DNA from: Lytechinus pictus
Lineage: Eukaryota
Direction of reading: 5' to 3'
Length of the DNA stretch: 64,000 nt
Assembly: GCF_037042905.1 (NCBI RefSeq)
Contig: NC_087245.1
Span: 35,156,001 to 35,220,000 of the forward strand
Positions 12,817-26,605 of the stretch are shown one piece after another. A program made the position numbers and the translations under genes. The number at the start of each line of letters is the position of its first letter. Positions within the stretch are counted from its first letter, which is position 1. The notes beneath the pieces were generated by a model. It ran no database searches, was not told where the DNA came from, and worked only from the letters and a program-made list of their open reading frames with translations.

Positions 12817-14619
12817 ATATCCTGTCAATCTTTCTTCATTTCACATCCTTTCAACATTTATTCTCCATGACTGATATGTTCTAAATAATTATAATTTTAT
12901 CATATTTATAAAAAAGATGAATATTTGAGTATTATGATTAATCATTGTCACCATCCTTTTATTTTTTTTTTCATTTTCTTTATTTTATCTCAGTTTTACT
13001 AATTTTTTATTTATTCAATATTCCTTTTAATTATATATGTATATATATTTTCGTAAATCTTTTTTTGGGGGGGATTCTTTTCTATTGAGCAAATGGAAGA
13101 TTTACAATTTTACAAATAAACACACTTTTCTGTACATGATGCAATTGTGTTCCTATGAACTTCAGTGCATTTTGGTGAAAAGAAAGAAACCAAAAGGGAG
13201 AACATTTGATGTTTGTTTTCTTTGTTTTTCTGTCAAGGGGACACCTAATGTTTGTACTTACAGTATTCATCACGTCTTTCACACAACTCTGAGAGATAAG
13301 GCAAGGGGCCGTTGGAAAGACATGGCTTGTGAATCTAGACCTAATGGGTTAAATCCTCAACATAGGCTCGTCCAGAGGATGTGCACTTCATAATCCCACA
13401 ATGGTTTAATAATGGCCTATCAATCATAACAGTACAATGCATGTATTCTAGTTGTGGAGCACAATGTCAAATTTCAGAAACGCCACCTAACACAATGTCT
13501 AAATTCTTTCCAATGTAGGAAATTATTCCTTCAGCCAAAGGGTCAATAAAAAGCAATGTCACATTTCAGAAATGACAGGATAAAAAGTCAGAAATTCCTC
13601 TCACACTGGGATGTAGGAAACCACTTCTTTGGCAAAAGGGCAATTGAGAAGCAATACCAACTTTCAGAGACAGCGCCCTATAAAATTTCCCAGACTGGTT
13701 CTGAATGGATGTAAGGACACAATTTCTTCTGCAAAAGGGACAATGACAGTTGGAACAATCTGCCAGGAGAGGTCATCAAATTACACTCCCAATCTACAAA
13801 AAGAAACTTAAAAAGTGGGTAAAAAATAGGCTAGAATACCCATGCCACACTTTCAATCTATGTGAGGATACTGTTGACGCTCAGAGAAACCTCCCACTCT
13901 GGCTCCTTCTCGTAGGAAATGTCACCATCCTTTATTCACAGTGGATGAATCCGTAACTAGAACAAATTTGTTTAGGAATCTCCATTGAACAGTGCCAGTT
14001 TGGATGGAATAAGTGTTCTAAGCCCAGTAGAGAACTTATGTAAATTTGAATACATCTTGATCACCAAAATTAGATATGTCAAGTTACATCAAATGCCTTC
14101 CAAAATAAAGCAACCACTCTAACCAAGTGAATAAATCAAAATTCTCGTTGACACAAGATATGACATTAAATGTTCTGAGAAAAAAGTATCGGACGATTCA
14201 ATGATTGAAAAACAAATGGAAAAAAAACATAAATTGAAGAATTCAGAAGGCTGACTATCGGGTAGATCACTGCCCTATCCACATACCAAAAGGCGAAAGA
14301 ATAGCCAAACACCACCTCGAGTCAAGCCCCAGGACCTGGTTAAGAAACTCCAACTTCCCTGAGGTGAGAGACATGCAAGTTCCCATGAAAGATTTTCAGA
14401 TGAAGGGATACAGATGTCATACAGGATCGTTTCAATGTGAGGTCAAAGTTGGGGATGAGACTAGAAATGATCAACTAGATCTAGATCCAACAAGAATTTT
14501 TCTGAGACAACAAATAGGCCAACACACTCGTACAAGACTGAAGAATACCAAAGAAGTCAATTCCACAAGACAAAAGTTTAGATGACATGAGCCATATACA
14601 TCAGAGAACCATCATGTCT

Positions 14620-15177
14620 CCCGGGGGGGCCACTGACATTGACGAGTGGATACCATGCGCGACCAAAAAACACGTAAAAAGGATGTCTTTTTCAAGATAG
14701 GGCACGTTACGTACGTAACGTAATAAGGGTGTAAAAAACACTAAAATAATGAAAAAAGGGTATCTAAAATAATGAAAAAAGGGTATCGCAAATTTGGCCC
14801 TTAATTTGCGAGGGTATAAAAAATTAAGACTAAAATGTTTTATAAAGGGTGTACTTTTTGCCCCAAGAGTCAACACTACGTGTTCAGAGTACAATTTGCG
14901 CGAGGTGTTGTGAGGTGGGGCTGTACTAAACCCAATGATGTAGGTAAAACCGACGACCGACGTCGTCCGTGGCATAACAATTGAAATATCGCTGTACTTG
15001 TTTAGGGGTTCAATTCAGGAAATACTTGCCAAGAGTATCGTTTTGTTTGTAATACTTGTTAAGGGTAGGGTTTCACACACCAAGTCTTGTTAAGGGGTGC
15101 ATTTTCAGAATATGGAAAATACGTGTTTAGGGTGCTTTTCGAGACCCCATGGTCGCGCATGGTATCCTCTCGTCAAT
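14620..15177 (-). mobile_element. CCCGGG-ended MITE, one terminus truncated
   Basis: Reverse-complement homologue of 38773-39348. It lacks the last ~20 bp of one TIR. Confidence 0.88.
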
Positions 15178-16470
15178 AGTCATACCACCAGAAATCATTA
15201 AAACAATCCAAGACACAGACAACTCATGAAACATTACCATTTGAATGTCCAAAAGAAAATATGTGAAGTATGAGCTGGAAAAACTCCATTCCTTCAGTCA
15301 GTACTTGGGGATTTTCACAACATTACCAGACACCAGATACAAATATTTCACATGCGGTTGAAACACATTTCCAGAATTCAGGTATGCTCTATTCAAGCAC
15401 TCGCCAACGTATCCTTTCTGCCCTTCTTTGTGCAGACACAAGTGGTTAATTAGGCCAGGGTATATTCAAAGTGCATCCAGTCCTTAATCAGTATTGATCA
15501 ATGCCTCCGAGTCACAAAGTCGTCTCAGCTACACTGCTCCATTTATGAAATTAGACATCCAAGCAAAAGGCCCATAACAAATATCGATGAGGGGAAATAC
15601 GAAACACTGAAAATGCAACACTCCTGTATACTTCATTGAAAAGCAACTGACAATTTGACATTGCGCTCCTGAAACTAGATTCAAGACTAACATGTATTTG
15701 TATGGTTGATTTAGCATTTTGTCCCCCCTTTTTAAACATTGTGGAAAAACCATTGAAGTACACAATCCTCATAACAATGGGTGAAAACTCAATAGTTAAC
15801 TTTTGATTTTTTAGTGAATATATATTTTTGGGCAGACGAACCGATATTGGGTCACAGATCACATCATTCCAAGCAGCAGTCCATTATCTCTACACATTGT
15901 GTAATAACGTGATGAATATATGCTTGCACAAACATCAGTTTTATAGCGAACGGGGAGAGGATCAACAAAACTTATTCAAATTAGTCCGTTCAAAAAAATA
16001 AACATGTACAGAAAAGGGAATTGTATTGTAAAATCATTAATACCACTTTCTCATGTGGTTCTGCAATTAATTTTTTTTAATGTAATTGAAATCTGTAAAT
16101 TACAAATTGCCTTGTTAAAGAATTTGCTTAAGTATTCATAGCACATTATCATATCAGTCATGGTGAATATCGTGTTGAGAGGGTGTGAAAAAGATGGATT
16201 TAGAGTGACAGCTACAGTAGATAGTACACAGAGGTAAAAGAGAGACTGCAATTAATGGATAAACAGATAATGCTAGTATTTTAGAGGGGAAACCAAACAG
16301 GAAAGTGAAACATGAGGGGAGGCAGGTGGAGTAATGGTATTGTTTTGATGGATTTTCATGAAAAGAATTTCATTCCAAAGAGTAAAGAAAATGTCATGAA
16401 TTTAAAAGGTGCAATTTAGACATTTCTGCCCAATACTTCCATAATAGTTATTGCCGTTAGCATACCCTAA

Positions 16471-16778
16471 TAATTGCTGGAAAACCAATTGCATTGTCTC
16501 ACATACTCTAGGCTACACAAGATATCATTGAAATCATCAATAAAGCACTTACATTATGGAAGCTGTATGCCATGCACAGCAGCGTCTAGTGTCCTTCTCT
16601 GCACACTGAAAAACAGATCAGTTGGTAGTGACATCACTTATTGTGTGATTCTGGCAGGAAGATCCCAGCTCAAACCAGACAGGAAGCCATGTTTGTGAGG
16701 TCTAGGGCCTACCCCAGCAATCAATGAGGTCAACTGCCATGGTCCTCCAACTTGAATGAATCTTCTCGGCTGCTGGTC
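16471..16778 (-). repeat. Right arm of the diverged inverted repeat pair (partner at 12103-12412)
   Basis: See 12103-12412. Confidence 0.85.
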
Positions 16779-16891
16779 TTACATTTTATTCAAGAAAGAA
16801 AAAAAAAGGATGAATACAAATAAAGTATAATTATAATACAGACAATAGTAAATTACAAGGCAGGTCCAAGCTATCTGACACAACAAACTAA

Positions 16892-17114
16892 AGAGGTGTT
16901 TCACAAAGATTGAAGTGTGAGTGTGATTCAATTCACTTTTGAATTTACACTTGCATGTGGAAAATAAAATGGGTCACAATACTGGTTGGATCACGCTCAG
17001 AGAGTATTCATCCTGGTGCATATGAATCAATAAGACTGTGCATTAAATATTGCGTGCACACTAACACTTAGGCATGACTTTTTAAATTGCATTGATTCAC
17101 TTGTGAAACACTTC
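16892..17114. mobile_element. Short MITE
   Basis: TIR GAGGTGTTTCACAA / TTGTGAAACACTTC. Confidence 0.55.
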
Positions 17115-20100
17115 TCAGAATTGTTTTGCTAGTTTCCTAAACATTTAAAAAATCTAAAGTAATCAATGAAGTAATAAACGCTTTCAAACACTAGGCTTTT
17201 ATACAGTGGGAATTTGTTTCTCTAATAAAAAGAAAATATTAGGGCCATGACAAATTAAGAGAAACTAAATAGTTTCTCAACTGCATGCAGTCGAAATTAA
17301 TACATCCACCATTGCCAGACCAACAATAAAAACATAAAATTTTAAATTATAACCTCATGACCTTTGCCATTGTGACCAAAGTTTAAAATCGATCCTTAAA
17401 TCAAACCTGACGTTGTCGCAGGGCAAGTGATATTTTCAGGTATACAATGACCCAATTTTTTGATGGAAATTGTTAACATTTTTCCTATCACAAACCACAT
17501 GAGATGGTGATTTTGATAAGCATACAGAAAAAATTAATGACACATTTATTTATGAATTTTGGCAAGAAATAGAATTTGCATGGGATTTGTAGAGTACCTG
17601 AAATAATGCCTTTTTTTGGAATTTGATGCCTGACATGCAATTACATGTTTTATTATTTCGGAACTGCATACCCGGGGGTCGTAAATTTGATCTCGAACGT
17701 TGCACAAGATTTAAAAAAAAGTCTTTTCAGGGTTAAAGATTTACAGCAACACACATTATACACTGTGCATTTGATCTATGATTTGGCAATTGAAATATTG
17801 AAATTGGGAATATTCATATCATATACTTTCTTTGAGTAACAATTGACTAAATTGGACAGAACATATTAACAATATTCATGGAAAAATAAGTATGTATATA
17901 AATATTGTGCACAGAAGTTGGCAGGGAGAAATGTTTGTGTTAAAAAAATTCTACGACAAGTAGATCCAGGGTAAAAAACCAGAGATAAAACACAAAAGGC
18001 AAAAACTCTGGAAAACCTTTGGATCCACTTTTGCAGACTAGTTAACACAAAAGTTCTCCACAAATCCATCCAAGGCTCGATTACCAAATGGCAATCTTAA
18101 TTATAAGCCTCACAATACTTGCTAAACATTTCCAACATTATGCACAAATTATTTTTTTCTAGTAAATATGCCCTACATTGTATGCATCCATTAATGAAAG
18201 AACAAATAATTTAGATACAGATAATAGCTTGGACCTGCCCCTTGGATCTACACAAAACTTATTATAAAACACATGAAAATGGGTTCATGAGTAGCAAATG
18301 CATATACCCTCACTGGCCATGTACATTGTCCTATTTACATGAATCACTGATTTTTGGTAAATTAACTTTTTTTGTGTGTTGGAGCATGTTGTTCTGAGTT
18401 ATTCAAATGTGGCCAAAATTTTGGTATAAAAGGGAGGTAGAAACTGTCCACTAGCTATACCATAAAGTCAATAAAAACTTTTTACATGTCATAAATTGTG
18501 CAAATAGGGCGATACACATGGCAAGCAAAGGTAAAGTCACATATTTAATAATAAAACATGTTTTGAATACATTTTAAATGATATTTGGTTCATTCAATTT
18601 GTTTGATAATAAATAATTTGTGGATGCCCGTTTACTGGACTAAATGCCCCTCTCTGTGTCCTTGGAAATTGTTGCCGTCTTTTGTAATATCCCCCACTTA
18701 TAATTCAATAAATAAGAGTTCCCTATAGAAAAATGGGAAAAAAGTGCCGGCTGTAAAATTTGATCTGATATTTATGTGAAAACATGCATACCCAGTCAAT
18801 ATACATCATTGTCTTTTTGTATACAGCCTCCAAAGAATAAGAAATGCACAGATCTGACCATTTACTTTTGAAACTACCAATACCAATACTCATCCAGACA
18901 TTTCGTGTGGATGATGATTTCAAGATTGGTGTCATATCCTTAACTCTGGTAGACTAGCTCTTTCATTTCTGCTAGAAGATGGTTCACACTAGATAGGGGA
19001 TGTAGCCATGCTGTACATGTACACTGAGTGACATGACTGCAGATGTAAAGTGAAAAACAAAATATTATTCTAACAAAATTTCATTTTCAAAAACATTCAT
19101 CATCCAATAGAATATGTAATTATGAAAGTATGAACTGTCTTCCCCTTTCTTTCTAATTGATTAAAATTTCTGCACTTGTGGTCAAAGTTGGTAAACTCCA
19201 TCCTTTCTGCCACCACTCTCCATAAACTACTTCTCCTGCTTTTCACCATATTACTGGACAACAAATTTTTAGTTCACTCAAGTTATTCATTTAAAAACAT
19301 GCAGGTATTAATTGATGTTGTACTTCATCGAAAAAATTTGACAATATTTGTTTATCAAACACAATGAAATTTCATTAAATGTCCCTTGCACATCCATCTC
19401 TTGTCCCGTTTCCCAACCTTAATTTGAAATTTTGAATGTCTATACAGTTTCGTAGTCATTCACAATGAGGTGTGGGATCTGAGTCGAAGAAATCTTTCCT
19501 GAATTTGATAAATCACGGAGGATTATGCAGTTTGCAAAAAAGGAGAAAAAATCTTTCCTTGCATCACCTCGTTGTCAGTTTTCTACTCTATTTTTCTTCA
19601 TAATCTTTGAAAAAAATTTAAATTAAAACTGGGTAAGATGATAAAAATATATATGAATTTGGTAACAATTTGATGACACATCATTCTTGCTAAATATTAT
19701 GATACATTCATGTCTGAAAACTTCAGAGGTTCAACGCTACGTGCATGAAAGAATGTCTTCTCCCTGTACACCCATCTACTCCTCTGTTTTACAAGATAAA
19801 TGTAACCGCTTTAAAAGAGTTCAATGTCGAATCCAATGCCTCTTATGGATCATAACTCACCTAAATACCAATAACTGCATATGCTAGACATTCCATGTAG
19901 ATGATAATATCAAGATTGGTGTCATGTCCCTGTCTCTGGTGGACTAGCTCTCTCATTTATGCTGGAAGATAGTTCACACAAGATTGGGGATGTATCTACG
20001 CTGTACCCTGAGTGATGTGACTGCAGATGTAAAGTGAAATAACAAATATATTCTAACAAAATTTCCTTTTCAAAAACATTCATCATCCAATCGAATATGT

Positions 20101-20276
20101 AATAATGAAAGTATGAACTGTCTTCCCCTTTCTTTCTAATTGATAACAGAAATGTCTAAACTTGTACTCAGAATTGGTAATCTCAATCCTTATTCCTTTC
20201 TACCACCACTCCCCATAGGCTACTTCTCCTGCTTTTCACCTCATTACCAGACTCACTTAAAAAGATTCAGGCTTAA

Positions 20277-20906
20277 CCCTAACGCTTCGTGCGATATTTC
20301 CAAAACGGAAAAAAAATAGCACCGCAAAGTTTCATGACTATTTTCTTTAAAGTCTCGCGCAACTTTTGAGACTAAATTCGCGACATACGGGTATAGCATC
20401 CCGACGCCATGTGACTTTTTAACGAGACAATGTCATGCCGAAAATGGCTCACTCTTATACTTTGTGTACAAAGTCTATGGGAGATGAAATTCATAAAAAG
20501 GGTGATTATTTGTCGTTCTAATTGGTTTGCTTAAATAATTTAGGGATTAATTAGTTGTTAAATGGTCTGTAATAATTTCCATTGAAAAAAACAATGAAAA
20601 ATCAAGGAAATACATAAGAAATTCAAAAAACAAAGAAATACATTTGGAAAAAATTGTCTTTCGCAATTCTTTTTTAATGAAACCTTTAAATTAGATTGGA
20701 AAAAAGAAGAAAATTTGAAGCGAAATTGGGTGTTGAATATGCAAATAATGTTTTTCACAAATAAGTTGGCATATTTCATTCATAATAAATAAAATATAAT
20801 TATTTTCAGAATTTTTTTTTCACACTGGCTTGTAGTTTATGTGGTAAAGAATGTGCATTCCAAATTTTGGAGCGATTACATCTCAAATAGCCCAGTCCTT
20901 TTAGGG
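20277..20906. mobile_element. piggyBac-like MITE (TTAA|CCCTAA...TTAGGG|TTAA)
   Basis: TTAA TSD at 20273-20276 and 20907-20910. The empty site is visible in a sister array unit (gatgcaggcataaattaatg, ~29631). Confidence 0.8.
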
Positions 20907-23900
20907 TTAAATTAATGCTGTACTATATCAGAAAATAAAATAGTTTATCAAATGCGATGAAACTTCATTCCACGTCCTTGCACATCCATCTCTTTTCCCA
21001 TTTTCCTAGCTTAATTTGACATTTTGAATGTCAATACATTTTCTTAATCATTCAAGATGAAGCATGGGATAAATGTCAAAGTAATGTTTCCTAAATTTGA
21101 AAAATCACAGAGGATGCTGCAGTTTGAAAATTACTTAGTTTAAAACTGTTGAAGGTGCTAGAAATGTATATGAATTTGGTAAACAATTTGATGACACATC
21201 ATTCTAGCTAAATAAATTATGATACATTCATGTTTGGAAACTTCAGAGGTTCAACGGTACGTGCAGGAAATAATGTCTTCTCCCTGTACACTCATCTACT
21301 CCTCTGTTTCAAAAGGTGAATATGTTTAACGTAACTAGATTTTTTTAAAGAGTTTCATGTCATATCCAATGCCTCTTCTGGATCATAACTCACCTAAATA
21401 CCAATAACTGCTCATGCCAGACATTCCATGTAGATGATGATATGAAGATTGGTGTCATGTCCTTGTCTCTAGGAAACTAGCTCTCTTATATATGCTGGAA
21501 GATAGTTCACACAAGATAGGGGATGTATCCACGCTGTACATTGAGTGACATGACTGCAGATGTCAAGAGAAATAACAAAATATCATTCTAACAATATTTC
21601 CTTTTCAAAAACATTCAACATCCAATCCAACATGTAATCATGAAAATAGGAAATGTCTTCTCCTTCTTTCTAATTGGTAACAGAAAATTCTACACTTGTG
21701 GTCAAAGTTGGTAAACTCCATCCTTTCTGCCAACACTCTCCATAAGGCTACTTCTCCTGCTTTTCACCTTATTACTGGACAACAAATTTTTAGTTCACTT
21801 AAGTTACTCATTTAAAAACATGCAGGTATAAATTGATGTTGTACTTCATCGAAACAATTTGACAATTTTTGCTTATCAAACACAATGAAATTTCATTCCA
21901 CGACTTGCACATCCATCTCTTGTCCCGTTTTCCGACCTTAATTTGACATTTTGAATGTCTATCAGTTTCGTAATTGTTCAAAATGATGTGTGGGATATGA
22001 GTCAAAGAAATTATTCTTAAATTTGATAAACCACAGAGGATTACGCAGTGTGCAGAAAAGGGAAAAAAATCTTTTCATGCATCATCTCTTTGCCAATTTA
22101 ACAATTTGATGACACATCATTTTTGCTAAATATACATGTATTATGATACATTCATGTTTGGAAACTTCAGAGGTTCAATGCTATGTGCAGGAAAGAATGT
22201 TTTCTCCATGTACACAAATCTACTCCTCTCTTTACTGTAAGTTCAATATTTTTAATTTCAATAAATGTTTTAAAGAGTTTTATGTCAAATCCAATGCCTC
22301 TTTTGGATCATAACTCACCTAAATACCAATAACTGCTCATGCCAGATATTCCATGAAGATTACAACATCAAGATTGGTGTCAGGTCCTTGTCTCTCGTAG
22401 AATGGCTCTTTCATTTATGCTGGAAGATGGTTCACACAAGAAAGGGTATGCATCCATGCTGTACACTGAGTGACGTGACTGCAGATGTAAAGTGAAAGAA
22501 CAAAATATTATTCTAACAACATTTCCTGTTCATAAACATTCATCGTACTATGAAACATGTAAAGATGAAATGAAGGCTTACATTTCGACAAATACACTGC
22601 CAGGTAACACCACCATAACACTTTTCATAGCAATTTAAATTAGAGGATTTGTAGCATAATATATTCCCCAAAACACCTCACAAATCTCACCTGATTTTTG
22701 TGGCATCTAGTTTTCATAATTGAATATATGAATATTACAATATAATGGATTATGTTTGTTTACACACATAGATTTCCAAATTTTTAAGAACCAAATTTCT
22801 CTAAAATGTTTCATTCTTCTATGAGTCTACTTTATGCAGATGTACACCGAGTCACAACTGAATAACTATATAACTGCAATCACCTTGCCTAATCAGTAAG
22901 TTTTTTTGGTAGGAAGGTTCAGGGGTATCGTGAGGAGGCAATGGGGGTAGTTGTAAAAAGAAAGAAAAACATGAGGGGAAAGAAACAGAAATATGAATGC
23001 AAAGGGAGAAAAGGGAAGAATGGTAGCATTGTGGGTATTTTGAGTTTTTGTTTCTCAAAAGCATAAAAACCTAAATTAAATATTTTCTCTCTCTCTCTGA
23101 TGTAGAAATGTATATGAATTCGGTTTATAATTTGATGACACAGTATTTGCTAAATATATTATGAAACATCCACATTTTGAAACTTCAGAGGCTCAACGTT
23201 TCGTGTGAAAAAGAAATTCTTCTCCCTGTCACTAATCTACTCCTCTGTTTTACAAGGTGAATATGTTTAACGTGACTAGATTTTTTAAAGAGTTTTAGGT
23301 CAAATCCAATGCATCTTTCGGATCATAACTCATCTCAAAACTACTCACCCCAGATATTCCGTGTAGATGATGATTTCAAGGTTGGTGTCATGTCCTTGTG
23401 AAAGGTAAACTAGCTCTCTTATTTATGATGGAAGATGGTTCACACAAGAAAGGGAGTGCATCCATGCTGTATACTGAGTGACGTGACTGCAGATGTAAAG
23501 TGAAAGAACAAAATATTATTCTAACAATATTTCCTTTTTAAAAACATTCAACATCCAATCGAATATGTAATTATGAAAATAGGAACTGTCTTCCCCTTTC
23601 TTTCTAATTGATAACATAAATTTCTGAACTTGTGGTCAAAGTTGGTAAACTCCATCCTTTCTGCCACCACTCCCCATAAGCTACTTCTCCTGCTTTTCAC
23701 CATATTACTGGACAACAAATTTTTAGTTCACACAAGTTACTCATTTAAAAACATGCAGGTATAAATTGATGTTGTACTTCATTGAAAAATTTGACAATTT
23801 TTGTATATCAAACACAATGAAATTTCATTAAATGTCTCTTGTCCCGTTTTCCGACCTTAATTTGACATTTTGAATGTCTATCAGTTTCGTAATTGTTCAA

Positions 23901-24727
23901 AATGAAGCGTGGGATATGAGTCAAAGAAATTATTCTTTAACAAAATAAATCACAGAGGATTATGCAATTTGCAGAAAAGGGAAAAATTCTTTCCTTACAT
24001 CACCTCTTTGCCAGTTTTTCCACTCTATTTTTCTTCATAATCTTTGAAAATTATTCAAATTAAAACTGGGTAAGATAATAAAAATATATATGAATTTGGT
24101 TAACAATATGATGACACATCAAGTTTGCTATTATATTATGATACATTCATGTTTGGAAACTTCAGAGGTTCAACGCTATGTGCAGGAAAGAATGTCTTCT
24201 CCCGGTACACCCATCTACTCCTATGTTTCACAAGTTCAATTTGTTAAATGTAACCGCTTTAAAAGAGTTAAATGTCAAATCCAATGCCTCTTTTGGATCA
24301 TAACTCACCTAAATACCAATAACTGCTCACCTCAGATATTCCTTGTAGATGATAATATCAAAATTGGAGTCATGTAATTGTTTCTGGTAGAATGGCTCTT
24401 TCATTTATACTGGAAGATGGTTCACACAAGATAGGGGATGTAGACATGCTGTACACTGAGTGACGTGACTGCAGATGTAAGTGGAAGAACAAATATATTC
24501 TAACAAAATTTCCTTTTAAAAAACATTCGTCATCCAATCGAATATGTAATTATGAAAATATGATCTGTCTTCCCCTTTCTTTCTCATTGATAACAGAAAT
24601 TTCTGCACTTGTGGTCAAAGTTGGTAAACTCCATCCTTTCTGCCACCTCTCCCCATATGCTACTTCTCCTACTTTTCACCATATTATTGGATCACCAAGT
24701 TTTAGTTCACTCAGGTTACTTATTTAA

Positions 24728-25120
24728 CCCTAAAAGGACTGGGCTATATTTAAGATGTATTGAGGACTTCTGATCTCGGTAGCAGTTCGCGTGATCCTGC
24801 TGAAATTTGCCACACACATTCCTTACAACATAAACTATATAAAGCCAGTATAAAAAATTCAGAAAATTTTAATTTTTTTATTCATTATGAATAAAATATG
24901 CAAATTAATTTGTGAGAACATTTCTGCATAGTTAATACTCAATTTCACTTTAAATTTTATTCCTATTTTTCCAGATGTCATCTTTGTAATCAAATTTAAA
25001 GGTTTCCACAAAGAAAAATTGCGAAGGCCTTTTTTTACCTTATGTATTTTTTTGTTTTTAGAATTTATGCGCTATTTGTTGGCGTTTCGGAAATATTGCG
25101 CGAAGCGTTGGGGGGGGGCC
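24728..25120. mobile_element. Second, inverted and truncated copy of the piggyBac-like MITE
   Basis: Starts TTAA|CCCTAAAAGGACTGGGCTAT, the reverse complement of the 20906 end. It ends near gcgaagcgtt, matching the 20281 end. Confidence 0.7.
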
Positions 25121-25984
25121 ATCATGGAGGTATAACTTAATGTTGTACTTTGTCAGAAAATGGGACAATTTTTGTTTATTAAACGCAATGAAATTTCATT
25201 CTACGACTTGCACATCCATCTCTTGTCCCGTTTTCTTACCTTACTTTGACTTTTTGAAAGTCAATACAGATTTGTAATCATTCACATTGAGGATTATGCA
25301 GTTTGCAAAAAAAGTGAAAAATTCTTTCCTTGCATCACGTCTTTGCCAGTTTTTCCACCCTATTTTTCTTCATAATAATCTTTGAAAATTATTGAAATTA
25401 ACACTGGTGAAGATGCTAAAAATTTATATGAATTTGGTTAACAATTTGATGACATATCATGTTTGCTAAATATATTATGATACATTCATGTTTGGAAACT
25501 TCAGAGGTTCAACGCTATGAGCAGGAAAGAATGTCTTCTCCCGGTACACCCATCTACTCCTCTGTTTCACAAGTTCAATTTGTTAAATGTAACCGCTTTA
25601 AAAGAGTTCAATGTCAAATCCAATGCCTCTTTTGGATCATAACTCACCTAAATACCGATAACTGCTCACTCCAGACATTCCATGTAGATGATAATATCAA
25701 GATTGGTGTCATGTCTTTCTGGTAGACTGGCTCTTTCATCTATGCTGGAAGATGGTTCACACAAGATGGGGGATGTAGCCATGTTCTACACTGAGTGATA
25801 TGACTGCAGATGTTAAGTGAAAGAACAAAATAGTTTTCTAACAACAATCCTTTTAAAAAATCATTCATCGTACTATGAAACATGTAACTATGAAATTAAT
25901 TAAAGCTTACATTGGGATAAATGCACTGCTGGTACTCACAAATCTCACCTGATTTTTGTGGCATCGAGTTTATAGATATGAATA

Positions 25985-26605
25985 TAAGGTTTTTAATATA
26001 GGTTTTAATATTTTGGACTTCCAACTACTCCCCCTTTTTTATATTCCAGTTTCACCAGATCTTTTTCAACAAGGTTTTCTATACGGATATTTCAGTTTGT
26101 TTAGAATGCTTCTTTGATATCAATTATTCATATGCCTTGTATACTTGCCTTTCTTAATCCTATTCTTGACCAGAATGATACCTATTGTAATAATTACATA
26201 TAACTCAATAATGCAATGATTATCATATTACCGTTCAGCATGGAGGTGATTTTTATTTACAGTTATTTATATTTCTGCAGCTTTTGCAATGAAAATATTT
26301 ATTTATATTCCGGATACATCTCTATTTCCTTTGATTCATTTTGCCCCCCCCCCTTTCCTTTGCATTCCTACTTTTTAGTGTGCAATATTTTGTGTAAGAG
26401 ATTATATACTTGATTTATGTCATGGGAGCGGCATGTGTGGGGGGCACATGAATCCGGGCAAGTGCTGAATTTCACTTTTGCGCCCCCTGACCCACTTGCC
26501 GCTCCCATATTTCATTGCATGTTTGTGAAATTGTAATTGTTTTCTGATGTATTGTATTTGCTCTTTTTTTATTGGTCAAGTAAATAGAAATTTCGATATG
26601 AATAT
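25985..26605. mobile_element. ~620-bp insertion in one array unit, probably a retroelement 3' fragment
   Basis: Absent from sister units and flanked by a gatatgaatat direct repeat. It contains a GC-rich stem-loop (26422-26508) followed by a T-rich tract. Confidence 0.5.

Noticed and set aside
15180..15690. Possible LRR/TLR pseudogene on the minus strand (VKYLYLVSGNVVKIP)
   Set aside because: A single weak LRR-like phrase among many stops, with no repeat periodicity.
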